The notes under the pieces are model-generated. The model was not told where the DNA came from and searched no databases. It was given only the letters and a program-made list of their open reading frames with translations. A stretch of 64,000 nt of DNA from an uncultured Verrucomicrobiae bacterium (lineage in GTDB: Bacteria > Verrucomicrobiota > Verrucomicrobiia > Palsa-1439), in contig CAWJFL010000016.1 in the NCBI GenBank assembly GCA_963842185.1, forward strand, positions 449,127 to 513,126, read 5' to 3'. The position numbers and the translations under genes were made by a program. Below, in pieces: positions 7,555 through 17,665 of the stretch. Each line of letters starts with the position of its first letter. The stretch's first letter is position 1.

Positions 7555-9679
7555 TCACTGGTCGATTCCCAACTGCGTCAGGATGAACGCGTATTCGAAC
7601 GCGGTATCGCGCAGGGCATCGTAGCGGCCGCTCTTGCCGTTGTGGCCGGCGGGCTGCAAATTCATCTTGAGCAGGAGCGGATGGGAATCGGTCTTGGTGG
7701 CGCGAAGTTTGGCGACGTACTTCGCCGGTTCCCAGTACATCACCTGGCTGTCGTTGAGCGATGACTCCACCAGCATCGCCGGGTAGGCTTGCGGCTTGAT
7801 GTTGTCGTACGGGCTGTACGTTTTCATGTACGCGTACTGATCGGCGATCTTCGGGTTGCCCCATTCCTCGAATTCCCCGACCGTCAAGCGGCAACGATTC
7901 GTCGAGCATCGTGTTGATCACATCGACGAACGGCACTTCGAGCAGTGCCGCCTTGAACAGGCGCGGCCGCATATTCAATACGGCGCCGACCAGCATACCG
8001 CCCGCGCTGCCGCCTTCGATGGCCAGATGTTGCGGGTCGGTGTAATGCCGCGCCACGAGCGTCTCGGCGCAGGCGATGAAATCGGTGAACGTGTTGCGCT
8101 TGGTCAGCATCCGCCCTTGATCGTGCCACCGCTTGCCGTATTCGCCGCCGCCACGGACATGCGCAATCGTCACGATCAGGCCCCGGTCGAGCAGGCTCAA
8201 CCGGCCCGACGAGAACCAGACATCGGTGGGCAACCCATACGCCCCATACCCGTACAGCCACAACGGATTGCCCGATGGCCACTTGAGATCTTTCCGATAG
8301 ACGAGTGAGATGGGAATCCGTGTCCCGTCGACGGCCGTGGCGAAGATCCGCTCGGTCTGGTACCGGTTGGGATCGTATCCGCCTTTCACGATCTGTCGCT
8401 TCAGCAACGTCCGCTCATGCGTGTCCACGTCGTAGTCGTAAACGGAACGCGGCGTTGTCAGGGATTCGTAGGTAACCCGCAGCACATTCGTGTCGAACAC
8501 GGCATTGTCACCCGCTTCCACCGCATAGGCCGATTCGGGCCACTCGATCGTATGCGACGAACCCGTGCCGATGTCATACACGCGGATTTGCGGCAAACCG
8601 TTCGCCCGTTCGATCAGCGCGACGTGATGCGAAAACACCCCGAAATCGTCGAGCGATACGTCGTCGCGGACTGGCACGATCTCCTTCCAGTTTTCATGCC
8701 GCGGATCGGCGATGGGCGCGGTCACAAGCCGGAAGTTCCGGCCCTTGTCGTTCGTGCGTATGTAGAAGAGATCGCCGCCGTCATCCGCGCTGTATTCATG
8801 GTCCTGCTCCCGCGGGGTCAATATCTTCAATGGTTCTTCGGGGCGGTCCGCCGGCAGATAACGGACCTCGTCTGTCGTCTTGCTGCCAATGGCGACGTAC
8901 ACGAAGCGTTTGCTGTGCGACCGGTCGACCTCCACCGTGAACAACGCGTCCTTCTCCTCGTACACCAGCGTGTCCGTATTCTCGCCAAGTCTGTGTCGCC
9001 AGACGCGGGAGGACCGTTTCGCGTCGTCTTCCGTGACGTAGACAAACGTCTGGTTGTCCGTTGCCCACGCGACGCTGTCGACCCGCGGGATCTTCTCGCT
9101 CAACAACGCGCCCGTCCGCAGGTCCTTTACGTAGAGAGTGTATTCGCGAAACCCGGTCTCGTCCGTGGTGAACGCCAGCAAGTTGCCATCATCGCTCACT
9201 TCGGTCAGGCCGACGTCGAGAAAGTCCTTACCGACGGCCATGGCGTTCATGTCGAGCAAGATTTCTTCCGGCGCGTTTGTGGACGCTTGTTTGCGCAGGT
9301 ACGTGGGATATTGTTTCCCCGGCTCGGTGCGGCGGTAATACAACCAATCACCATCGCGGTACGGCACGGTGTCGTCCGGCTCCTGGACCCGCGCGAGCAT
9401 CTCATTGTAAATCTTGTCCTGCAGCGGCTTGGTCGGCTTCATCACCGCGTCCGTGTAAGCGTCTTCGGCGCGCAGGTAAGCGAGAACGTCGGGATTGTCC
9501 TTTTCGCGCAGCCAGTAGTAATCATCCACCAAACGTTCGCCGTGAAGATTGGTCACGTGCGCGATCCGTCGCGCGACGGGCGGCTGCGCGGCAACCGTTT
9601 TGTCCGGCGACGTGGTGGTTCGGCAGGCCGAGACACCGAGGGTCAGAAGGAGGGCTATGGATAGCTTGCGCGAAGTCAT
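7555..9679 (-). pseudogene. ptrB: Oligopeptidase B (protease II, S9A) broken by one extra base near 7886 (true pseudogene or sequencing indel)
   Basis: ORF 7523..9679 gives the propeller and catalytic domain with GGSAGGMLVGAV. It loses sense after DESLPL. ORF 7555..7887 supplies the missing C-terminus ([43 protein letters not shown]). Total length is 2125 nt = 3n+1. Confidence 0.85.
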
Positions 9680-10677
9680 TTCAGGAGTTCGTCATACTGG
9701 CTGAAGTACGAATTGTACATGTTGAGGATTGTGTATGCTACGTACAGCACGACCAACACGTAGGCGATTCGTGGCAGCCAGGTCGCGGTCTGGTCGAGAC
9801 TGCGGCGCCAGCGGTCCTCGTAATACGCTTCCAACCGATTGAGCATCTCGTCCATGCGACCGCTCTGTTCGCCCGTGGCCCAAAACTGGAGCAGGTACTC
9901 GGGAAACACGTCCGTCGTCGCGAGCGCCTGGCTGACCTGGAGTTCACTGCCGATCAGCGGCGCGGCCTTCTGGTAGCCATGCATAATCAGCGGACTGTCC
10001 GCCATGCGGCTGGCGTACTCCAGCGCGGGCACGACGCCAATCCCGGCGCGCAACATCAGGCGGATCGACGACACCCACCGGATCAGCGCGTAATCAAACC
10101 GCAGCCGACCCAGCACCGGCACGGCCCGCAGCACGCGGTCAACGGCCACGTTCAACCCCGGCGTTCGTAGCGCCCATCGCAGCAGCCACGTAGCGACGGC
10201 GCCGACCAGGACTAGCATCCCAAGCACCCCGAAAGTGTCCCGCAAATAATCGAGTATGGTGTACGGTTTCCCGCCAATGGCACCGAGGAAAACCGCCGGG
10301 AAATGGGACCCGAACACCGCCACGATCAACAACACCGCCGGGTAGATGGAACCGGCGACGAGCTTGTTGCGCGCCGCCGCGCGGCTCTCGTAATACTTGC
10401 TCAACGACAACAACCCGATGTCCAACGCGCCACTGCGACCGCTCATATCGAGGGTGTGTTTGTCGAGCGGCGCGAACCGCTGGCCGCAGCGTTCCATCGC
10501 TTCGTGCACGGGCACGCCTTCGTTGACGCGAGCGGACAACTCCGCCACGGTGGACCGCATCGCCCGCGGCGCGGTTTTTTGCGTCGACAGCAGCGCGCTC
10601 CGGATCGGCACGCCGGCCTGCACCAGCGTGCCCAACTGATAGTAGAACGCCGCCAGATTTTTGGACGAAAAACTCAC
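9676..10677 (-). CDS. GspF/PilC-family (T2SS/T4P platform) protein, orphan
   Basis: 333 aa with two T2SS-F-like repeats (AAFYYQLGTLVQAGVPIRSAL... and DYALIRWVSSIRLMLRAGIGVVPALEYA...) and three or more TM segments. Its stop overlaps the ptrB ATG as ATGA at 9676-9679. Confidence 0.72.
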   Translation of the reverse strand: MSFSSKNLAAFYYQLGTLVQAGVPIRSALLSTQKTAPRAMRSTVAELSARVNEGVPVHEAMERCGQRFAPLDKHTLDMSGRSGALDIGLLSLSKYYESRAAARNKLVAGSIYPAVLLIVAVFGSHFPAVFLGAIGGKPYTILDYLRDTFGVLGMLVLVGAVATWLLRWALRTPGLNVAVDRVLRAVPVLGRLRFDYALIRWVSSIRLMLRAGIGVVPALEYASRMADSPLIMHGYQKAAPLIGSELQVSQALATTDVFPEYLLQFWATGEQSGRMDEMLNRLEAYYEDRWRRSLDQTATWLPRIAYVLVVLYVAYTILNMYNSYFSQYDELLK

Positions 10678-10756
10678 GTCGGCGGTAACGTAGCATCAAC
10701 TGCCGCCTCCGTCACAACGAAACGGGCGCCCCATGCACGTTAACGTCGCCAGTGTT

Positions 10757-10786
10757 GTAGCGTCGCCTGTCCTCAGCCAAAGGCGC
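10757..10786. repeat. Degenerate GTAG-headed REP-like sequence
   Basis: GTAGCGTCGCCTGTCC (10757-10772) is identical to the reverse complement of 21667-21682. The hairpin here is weak (CGCCT..AGGCG). A single 16-mer match is not significant on its own. Confidence 0.3.
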
Positions 10787-11010
10787 TAAAACACCAGCGT
10801 GTGCTGGAATTGCGCAAAGCCAAGCGCGCTGAACGCAAGAAGCCCGTAATCCCATTGTCCGTTGCCAAGCGCAAGCTCAGCATTGGCTGAACCGTCTCGA
10901 CTATTTCACGCCTGGCGCTGCTTCGCCTCGCTTCGCGGCATGCCACAAACATCAGTCTGGCGCGGCCTTTTCGTCTTGCGTCTTTGGGCGGCGTTTCGCA
11001 TCTTGCCCGC

Positions 11011-12024
11011 ATGGCCGAGCGGTTCGTCACGGAGACCATTCACGACAAGACACTGGACGTGTCGTTGCGTCCCGGTCTGTTCGCCGATTTCCAGGGACAG
11101 GGCAAGGTGAAGGAGCGGCTGGAACTGGCCGTCGAAGCCGCGCGGCAACGCAAGGAATCACTCGACCACATTCTGCTGAGCGGCCCGCCGGGTTTGGGCA
11201 AGACCACACTCGCGCATATCCTCGCCAAGGCGATGGGCGTCAATATCGTGGTCACCAGTGGCCCCGCGCTCGAAAAAGCCGCCAACCTCGCCGGCTTGCT
11301 GACCAAGCTCGACAAGGGCGACGTGTTGTTCATCGACGAGATCCATCGACTTCAAAAGGTCGTCGAAGAATACCTGTATCCCGCGATGGAGGATTTTCGG
11401 TTGGATATCGTGATCGACCAGGGGCCGAACGCGCACAGCGTACGTCTGAATTTGCCACGGTTCACACTTATCGGCGCGACGACGCGGAGCGGACTGCTGA
11501 CCGCGCCGTTGCGGTCGCGGTTCCCCATTACGGAACGACTCGATTATTACAGTGCCGGCGAATTGACCTCCATCATCCACCGTTCCTCGCGCATCCTGAA
11601 TGTGGACATTGACGACGGCGGCGCGACGGAGATCGCCGGTCGGTCGCGCGGGACGCCGCGCATTGCCAACAATTTACTGAAGCGGGTCCGCGATTACGCG
11701 CAGGTGAAGGCCAAGTCGAAGCAGATTACCAAGGACATCGCCGACAAGGCGCTGGCCATGCTCGACATCGACGAACACGGCCTCGACGAGATGGACAAAC
11801 GCATCCTCGAAACACTGGTGCACAAATTCGGCGGCAAACCGGTCGGCATCGGTTCGCTGGCGGTGGCGGTCGGCGAGGAACCCGACACGCTCGAAGAAGT
11901 CTACGAACCGTTTTTGATCCAGGAAGGCTATTTGAAACGCACCCCGCAAGGCCGCGTGCCGACGGAATTGGCGTACAAGAAACTCAACGTGAAGGCTGGC
12001 GCGAAGGAAAATGAGTTGTTCTAA
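11011..12024 (+). CDS. ruvB: Holliday junction DNA helicase RuvB
   Basis: ATG at 11011 within ORF 10984..12024. Motifs [45 protein letters not shown] and [16 protein letters not shown]. Confidence 0.95.
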   Translation: MAERFVTETIHDKTLDVSLRPGLFADFQGQGKVKERLELAVEAARQRKESLDHILLSGPPGLGKTTLAHILAKAMGVNIVVTSGPALEKAANLAGLLTKLDKGDVLFIDEIHRLQKVVEEYLYPAMEDFRLDIVIDQGPNAHSVRLNLPRFTLIGATTRSGLLTAPLRSRFPITERLDYYSAGELTSIIHRSSRILNVDIDDGGATEIAGRSRGTPRIANNLLKRVRDYAQVKAKSKQITKDIADKALAMLDIDEHGLDEMDKRILETLVHKFGGKPVGIGSLAVAVGEEPDTLEEVYEPFLIQEGYLKRTPQGRVPTELAYKKLNVKAGAKENELF

Positions 12025-12073
12025 ACGGGCGGGCTGGTCTGTGGCCGTGTTCTAAAGCTTTAACGACAGACAT

Positions 12074-12886
12074 ATGAATCTGGAACAGCTGAGAAAAGAC
12101 TTCCAAGTAGAATACTACCGATGGAGTTTGGAGGAGTTTCGGCAGGAGTTAGCGGGCGGCTTCCCGTTGCTCAGGGCGGTTAAGAACAGTACAACTCGCG
12201 GCCTCTTGGCCGTTATGCGGAGTTTGTCGCAACAGGATCAAATTCGGTTTTCGACTGCGCTCGTGAGGCGATTCCATCGGCAGGCAGTGCAGACTCTTGG
12301 AGAGAACGCAGCGCAGGATGGCCAGGAATTCGTCGGGAAATTTTTGGCTTCGTTCGCGTCGCCGTCTCCGGAGGAGCGAGAGATTTATAAATTGAAAGAG
12401 ATTGGGGAGTGGATTCCGGTACGGCGACGCAAGCTTGCTCGCCTTCTCAGGTCCGCATTAGACCCTGTGTGCGGCAGCCAGGTTGGGCCTTCTGGCAGTT
12501 GGGGGTGGCAATATCGTCTGCATCACGGCGAGCTTCTCGTCTATACAGTAGTCGATCTTACCGGCCGTTCACACCAATTGAGGTACTCCCATGACATTAG
12601 AACGCGGGACTGGCTCAAGGTAGAGGAGGCGCTCTGGCGAATGGTGCCAAACGGTGATCCGAAACAGGGCGCGGAGGGCTCGCTCTCCCACTTGATGTCT
12701 CTTGAGCTCGCCAATCCAACAGTTAAAGAGGGCATCTCATATTTATCCGCTCTGGGTATCACTAGCCAAACCGAGTGGGAAGATGTGACCGAGGATGATG
12801 CTCCAGAGGTCGCAACGACGGTGGCAAAACTCTGCGGCAAATTCCTCAATGCTCTGCCAGTGTTGTTGCCGCTCCATCCGCAGTGA
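12074..12886 (+). CDS. Hypothetical protein (no family recognised)
   Basis: 270-aa ORF with an ATG start, in a patch that looks more AT-rich by eye. No overlapping better ORF and no motif I can name. Confidence 0.5.
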   Translation: MNLEQLRKDFQVEYYRWSLEEFRQELAGGFPLLRAVKNSTTRGLLAVMRSLSQQDQIRFSTALVRRFHRQAVQTLGENAAQDGQEFVGKFLASFASPSPEEREIYKLKEIGEWIPVRRRKLARLLRSALDPVCGSQVGPSGSWGWQYRLHHGELLVYTVVDLTGRSHQLRYSHDIRTRDWLKVEEALWRMVPNGDPKQGAEGSLSHLMSLELANPTVKEGISYLSALGITSQTEWEDVTEDDAPEVATTVAKLCGKFLNALPVLLPLHPQ

Positions 12887-12903
12887 GGTTCACGTCCTGC
12901 TTC

Positions 12904-13821
12904 TCACCCGGACGTAATAAACCCACGGCGCAACAGGTCCATCAGGCAGGTGTAGGCCTCGAAATCCGTTCCGGGAAAATTGTCGACGGCGGTTTCAATC
13001 GTGTTGTGGTGCAGCACCAGTTGGAATAACTGGATTTCTTCGGTCGCCAGGTCGCGGAGGTTGCCGGGCAACGGTTCCGCCACATGCAATCGCGCCCCGG
13101 GTCGCGGCAGTTTCGGTTCGAGGATGCGAATTTCGTCCAACTGACGGACACCCTCGAGGATCAATGACGTGGTGGATTCCGTGATTTCCTCCGTCACGCG
13201 ATGATCGGCGGCGGGCCGCAGGTCAAACGCGCCATCGATCCAGGCGAACATGCGATAAAACGCCTTGCGTGACTTCACAATCGGGTTGCTTTCGATCTCG
13301 GCGTGATAGACCTGACCTTCGCGGAGGTAGAGTTTGCCGATGCCACGGTCGGACCGGATGGTCATGACGCCGCTCTTGCGCGAGTTGGCGAACAGTTGCA
13401 ACAGATCGGGCAGCGGCATCTCGCGAATGGAACCCGAGATGAGGGCCGAGCCGGCGGTCGCCTGGCCTTCCGGGATTGGCGCACCGGCGGGCGCGGCCGA
13501 TGGTGTCGCCCGCACTTTCAGATCGGTAACGGACACCAGTTTGATGGTCGACGAACCGATGATGATCTGGTCGCCCTCTTTGAGTTCGGTGTTGCGGATG
13601 CGGGCGCCGTTGACGAACGTGCCGTTGCGCGACGCGAGGTCCTCGATCATGATTTTGCCGCCGTGGGTCGAGATCTTCGCGTGTTTGCGGGACACCTTTT
13701 CGTCGAGCAGGAGCACATCGACGTCGCTGACGCGACCGATCACGATGTACAGGTCCTGGGGCAAGGGAAATTCCCTGCCCTGGTCCTTGCCGGCGACGAA
13801 ACGGAGTACGTATTGCAGCAT
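12904..13821 (-). CDS. FHA-domain protein with C-terminal DUF4388 (PATAN-like) domain
   Basis: The N-terminus has an FHA pattern: IVIGRVSDVDVLLLDEKVSRKHAKI...EDLASRNGTFVNG. The C-terminus (PLPDLLQLFANSRKSGVMTIRSDRGIGKLYLREGQVYHA) is typical DUF4388. Confidence 0.8.
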   Translation of the reverse strand: MLQYVLRFVAGKDQGREFPLPQDLYIVIGRVSDVDVLLLDEKVSRKHAKISTHGGKIMIEDLASRNGTFVNGARIRNTELKEGDQIIIGSSTIKLVSVTDLKVRATPSAAPAGAPIPEGQATAGSALISGSIREMPLPDLLQLFANSRKSGVMTIRSDRGIGKLYLREGQVYHAEIESNPIVKSRKAFYRMFAWIDGAFDLRPAADHRVTEEITESTTSLILEGVRQLDEIRILEPKLPRPGARLHVAEPLPGNLRDLATEEIQLFQLVLHHNTIETAVDNFPGTDFEAYTCLMDLLRRGFITSG

Positions 13822-13887
13822 TCGTTCCTCAGATGTCCTGTGTCGCGGTTGTCCGCGGCGAAACTGTACCGACGCGCGGGAAGCCGG

Positions 13888-15143
13888 TCAAGCTACACTG
13901 CCCGACCGCGGTTTTTGGCGTCCCAGGTGCAGCGTCGCCAGGGTCAGAACCGCGGCAGCAATCGAGCCAAACCCGAGCCACAACATGATCTGCGGCGCGG
14001 GGGTGCGCTGAAACAGTTTGGTGCCGAATTGCAGCCAGAACGCCACGATCATGGTCGCCGAGGTGAGCATCCCGCGCGCGGCAAACACCGCGCCGCGCCG
14101 CTTGTCGTCGACCTCTTCCTGCAGCTTGGCGTCGATCGGGATCAGGATCGTCGCCGCAATGGCGCCCAGCACGAACAAGAGCAGGACCGTGATCCAGACG
14201 CGCGCCGTCAGGCCCATCAGGATGAGCACCGCGCCGACGAGCAACAATTGGACGAATGGCAACCAGTCGCTTTCGTCCAGGCTTTGCCGCGTCCCACCAT
14301 GCCGATGCCGAGAGCCGCGCCCGCGCCTGCGGCGACCAACAGATAGCCAAACCCGCCGGTCCGCAACCCGAGAGTTTCCATCGTGTAGCCAACGATTTCG
14401 ACGGCGAACACGCCCGCCAGAAAGGCGAACACGGCGGACAACAGGGCGAGGGACAACGCGCTGTGGTGTTGCCAGATATAGACCAGCCCGGTTTTCAGGT
14501 CGCCCCAACCACCGGGTTCTTTCGAATCAGGGCCGCCGGTCGTGGCATGCGGGTCCATCTGGATGCGCCAGACCAGGACGGTGGCGACGACGTACGCGAC
14601 GGCGTTGGAGAGGATCGCCCATTCCACGCCGATTCTCTCGGCGACGAACCCGCCGATGGCGCGGCCGCCGACGCCGGCGATGGCGAGGCTGGTGGTGAAC
14701 AGCGTGTTGGCCTGAATCAGGCGCTCGTTGCCGACGAGGTTGGGGATCAGCGCGTACCGGGCCGGATAGTAAAAGGTCGTGATCGAGCCGATCACGAGGA
14801 TCAATGCATACACGGCAAACAGGTTGCGGAACGGGACTCGACCCATCAGGACCGGCAGGAGCCACGCGGCGATCAGGCCGACAATCACCGCCCGCGACGC
14901 GTCGCTGACAATCAGGACGTGTCGCCGTTGCCAGCGGTCCACATAGGCGATGGCCAGCGGCCCCAACAGCAGGCCCGGCAGGGCGACCGCGAAGAACATT
15001 TTCGCCGTCTCGGTACGCTCGCTATATCCGTGCGCGCGGAAGTACTCCAGCAACCCCATCTGCATCACGGCGTCGCCCAGCGCCAGCGCGATCTGCGAGA
15101 TCCACAGTCGGCGGAATCCCTTGTTGTCGAGCAGAGACAGCAC
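13888..15143 (-). pseudogene. MFS transporter with one missing base near 14278-14282 (pseudogene or sequencing indel)
   Basis: ORF 14217..15143 (MLSLLDNKGFRRLWISQIALALGD..., multiple TM segments) continues in the frame of ORF 13888..14508 (SDWLPFVQLLLVGAVLILMG...). The junction is GGCAAAGCCTGGACG. Total length is 1256 nt = 3n+2. Confidence 0.75.
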
Positions 15144-15863
15144 TTACGCGTGCTCCTCGATGAAGGTTTGCATGTCGTCGGGCAATTGAGCAGCGAAGGT
15201 GGCGCGTTCGCGGGTGCGCGGATGAAGAAAGGAAACGCGCTCGGCGTGCAGGGCGTGGCGCGGCATGAGCAGCTTGTCCAGCATCGCGTTCGTCACGCCG
15301 TCCTTGATGAACTGCAAATAGAGCGTTTCGTCGGGACCGTAGACTTTGTCGCCGACAATCGGATGACCGAGCCACGCGAGGTGCACGCGCAATTGATGCG
15401 CCCGCCCCGTGCGCGGTGTCAGCCGGACCACGGTAAACCCGCGCAGCCGTCTTTCGACGGCGAACTCCGTGCGGCTCGGTTTACCGGCGGCGCTGTCCAC
15501 CACGCGTTTGGTGTAGACGACCGAAGTCTGGCTGACGGCGATGGGTTGATCGATCACGCCCTGATCCTGCTTGAATTCGCCCCAGCAAATTGCTCGATAC
15601 TCTTTTTCGATCTCGCGGCGCAAGACGGCTTTGCCGAGTGTTTTGGCGGCGGACTCGTTTTTCGCGACGACGATCAGGCCGCTCGTTTCGCGGTCGAGAC
15701 GGTTGATCATGCGCGGTGTGGGCACGCCGTGGTCGCGCAACCAGTCCGCGAGCGAGCCGTACTCGGGTCGCTGCGCCGAATGGCAGACCATGCCGCCCGG
15801 TTTGTCCACCACGAGAATGTCGTCGTCTTCGAAGACAACCTGGGGCGGGGCGTTCGTCACCAT
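15144..15863 (-). CDS. RluA-family pseudouridine synthase
   Basis: ATG is the complement of 15861-15863. Sequence MVTNAPPQVVFEDDDILVVDKPGGMVCH..NRLDRETSGLIVVAKN..GRAHQLRVHLAWLGHPIVGD. Its stop TAA directly abuts the GTG start of the MFS gene. Confidence 0.85.
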   Translation of the reverse strand: MVTNAPPQVVFEDDDILVVDKPGGMVCHSAQRPEYGSLADWLRDHGVPTPRMINRLDRETSGLIVVAKNESAAKTLGKAVLRREIEKEYRAICWGEFKQDQGVIDQPIAVSQTSVVYTKRVVDSAAGKPSRTEFAVERRLRGFTVVRLTPRTGRAHQLRVHLAWLGHPIVGDKVYGPDETLYLQFIKDGVTNAMLDKLLMPRHALHAERVSFLHPRTRERATFAAQLPDDMQTFIEEHA

Positions 15864-15916
15864 GTGCACGACGCATGTTAGCGGTTGCGCGAAGCCGCTG
15901 GCAATGAAAAGCGCCG

Positions 15917-16262
15917 TCAGAAGGTTTCGCCGTTCCAGCCCCAGAGGCTGGGCGGGATGTCGGCGAAGTTGATGTAGACCCGGTCCTGCGGGATGCCGGC
16001 TTGGGATTCGACGCAGGCCGCAGAGCAGTTGGGACAGCTTGCCGGTTTTCGATTCCGGCAGACCGATGCCGCGCAATTCGAGGAAGGCGCAGGGCGCGTC
16101 GGTCCCCGCGAACAGCATGGAGACCGGGGTTTCCGCCGAGACCATCATGTATTGCTCGGGCTTGCCCAGTTCCGCGGCAACCATTTTGGAGGCGGCCTTC
16201 AACAGATGGTGTTTCCGTTCGGCGCCGATGGGCTGGCTGGTCGTGATTTTCAAATATGGCAT
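15917..16262 (-). pseudogene. MIF/tautomerase-superfamily protein with one extra base near 16011-16016
   Basis: Reads MPYLKITTSQPIGAERKHHLLKAASKMVAAELGKPEQYMMV..PCAFLELRGIGLPESKTGKLSQLLCGL. After skipping one base it continues VESQAGIPQDRVYINFADIPPSLWGWNGETF* (TGA is the complement of 15917-15919). It has an N-terminal Pro and MIF-like length. Total 346 nt = 3n+1. This shift creates the 372-aa fusion ORF seen in the track. Confidence 0.7.
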
Positions 16263-16271
16263 GGTGCGCTC

Positions 16272-17075
16272 CTATTCTCCGCCCGCTGGCTGGGCCGATC
16301 CTGTGGCGGAGCCGGTTCGGGCCGGGTCTTGCCTATAATACAGTTTGAGCTCCTCGTAAAGTTCCGGATGTCGTTGCTGAAGCTGCTGGGGCTGCTCGAA
16401 GAAGTATTCGGTCACCACGGCGAAGAACTCGGCGGGATTGGTCGCGCCGTACTTGTCGAGGAGGGTCGGGCGGTCGGCATCGGCGGCCTCGGCGAGCGCC
16501 TGGTATTCACGGCCGAGAATGCGGGCCCACGCCCGATACATGGATGTCCTCGGCAACACGGGGGCGCCGTCCACGAACCCGTTTTCCCCGTCGAGCTGGT
16601 GGGCGAACTCGTGGAGGGCGACGTTTCGTCCGCCGCTTGGATCGGAGGGACGATGGAGGACGTGGTTCCACGAGATGACGACGGCGCCGGTCCGCCAGGA
16701 TTCGCCCAGGCGCATTTCGTGGGTTTCGATGATCTCGTTGCCCGGACCCCAGCGGGTGACGGGGACGGGGTACGCATCGGGGTAGACCAGAATTGATTGG
16801 AGGCGGGGATAGTAGTCGTGGTGCTCGACATGCAGCAGGAGAATGCAGGCGTAGGCGGCAATGGTGACCTTGATTTCGTCGGTCATTTCCAAACCGCCGC
16901 AGCCCTCGAAGTTTTTTTCGGCGATGAAGACCTGGATGGTCGCCTGCAACTCGTGTTGCTCGGCCGGGGTCAGACGCGCGTAGTGCGGGACATTTCGCTG
17001 GATGACGGCCAGCCAGGGTGCCGGGAATGGCTGCGAACGGAGTCGCTGGCGGCGTTTGGTCTTGAATCCGAACAT
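16272..17075 (-). CDS. mtfA: MtfA-like zinc peptidase (M90 family)
   Basis: ATG is the complement of 17073-17075. It has the HEFAHQLD zinc motif and the C-terminal segment LDKYGATNPAEFFAVVTEYFFEQPQQLQQRHPELYEELKLYYRQDP typical of MtfA. Confidence 0.85.
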   Translation of the reverse strand: MFGFKTKRRQRLRSQPFPAPWLAVIQRNVPHYARLTPAEQHELQATIQVFIAEKNFEGCGGLEMTDEIKVTIAAYACILLLHVEHHDYYPRLQSILVYPDAYPVPVTRWGPGNEIIETHEMRLGESWRTGAVVISWNHVLHRPSDPSGGRNVALHEFAHQLDGENGFVDGAPVLPRTSMYRAWARILGREYQALAEAADADRPTLLDKYGATNPAEFFAVVTEYFFEQPQQLQQRHPELYEELKLYYRQDPARTGSATGSAQPAGGE

Positions 17076-17200
17076 GGTCAGTCGATTGGAACAAACATAC
17101 CACGATTTCGCACGGGACGATGGCGCGATTAGGTCATGAGGATGGCAACTTTGCGGTTGCTTCTGAGGTCGGATGTGCAAGATTTGGCCCGGCAACGATC

Positions 17201-17656
17201 ATGACGGAACTGATTTTGATGGCGCATGTTTTGTTTGGGGTGGCGTGCATTGTCACGGCTGTGTGGATTTTCGTCGATGCGTTGCACGCCTCCGAGACGA
17301 ACCAGGCGCGGATCAGGAGGATGAGTCGGGCGGCGGCGGTATTCATGTGGCTGGCGTTCTGCATTGGCGGCTACTGGTACGTCGTTTTCTACAAGGTGGA
17401 TAAGGCGATCATTCTGAAGGGACCGTGGCCGTTGGCCCACAGTTTCTTCATGGAGACGAAGGAACATCTGGTCATCATGCTGCTGGTGCTGGTCACCTAT
17501 CTGCCGATCGCCGCGGCCAACAACCTGGTGGTGAATAAGGACGCGCGCCGGGTGGTGCTGTGGGTGGCGGGCATGATTGCCCTGATTGCGTTGATGATGG
17601 AGGGCGACGGAGCAATCATTGCGATGGGAGTGAAGGTGGCGTTACTGGCGAAGTGA
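17201..17656 (+). CDS. Small polytopic membrane protein (about 4 TM), unknown function
   Basis: ATG at 17201 within ORF 17120..17656. Hydrophobic helices include ILMAHVLFGVACIVTAVWIFV, AAVFMWLAFCIGGYWYVVF, LVIMLLVLVTYLPIAAA and VVLWVAGMIALIALMM. Confidence 0.55.
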   Translation: MTELILMAHVLFGVACIVTAVWIFVDALHASETNQARIRRMSRAAAVFMWLAFCIGGYWYVVFYKVDKAIILKGPWPLAHSFFMETKEHLVIMLLVLVTYLPIAAANNLVVNKDARRVVLWVAGMIALIALMMEGDGAIIAMGVKVALLAK

Positions 17657-17665
17657 GGACAAAGA

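Noticed and set aside
7523-7890. The C-terminal 120 residues of the 718-aa ptrB ORF, and its stop at 7523, taken as the real protein end.
   Set aside because: The tail ([22 protein letters not shown]...) has no peptidase features. The overlapping frame 7555..7887 encodes the conserved protease II C-terminus, including the catalytic His region.
10865-10876. The 12-mer CCAAGCGCAAGC shared between the gspF/ruvB spacer (10865-10876) and the asd/ada spacer (57529-57540).
   Set aside because: The match length is well within chance expectation for this window size and GC content, and there is no extended similarity around it.
15144-16262. The 372-aa ORF read as a genuine MIF-RluA fusion protein.
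   Set aside because: The linker segment (RRIPSRHPAGPGLHQLRRHPAQPLGLERRNLL) is nonsense. The alternative frame gives a canonical MIF C-terminus ending in its own stop at 15917-15919, and RluA has its own ATG at 15863. The fusion is a by-product of a single extra base.
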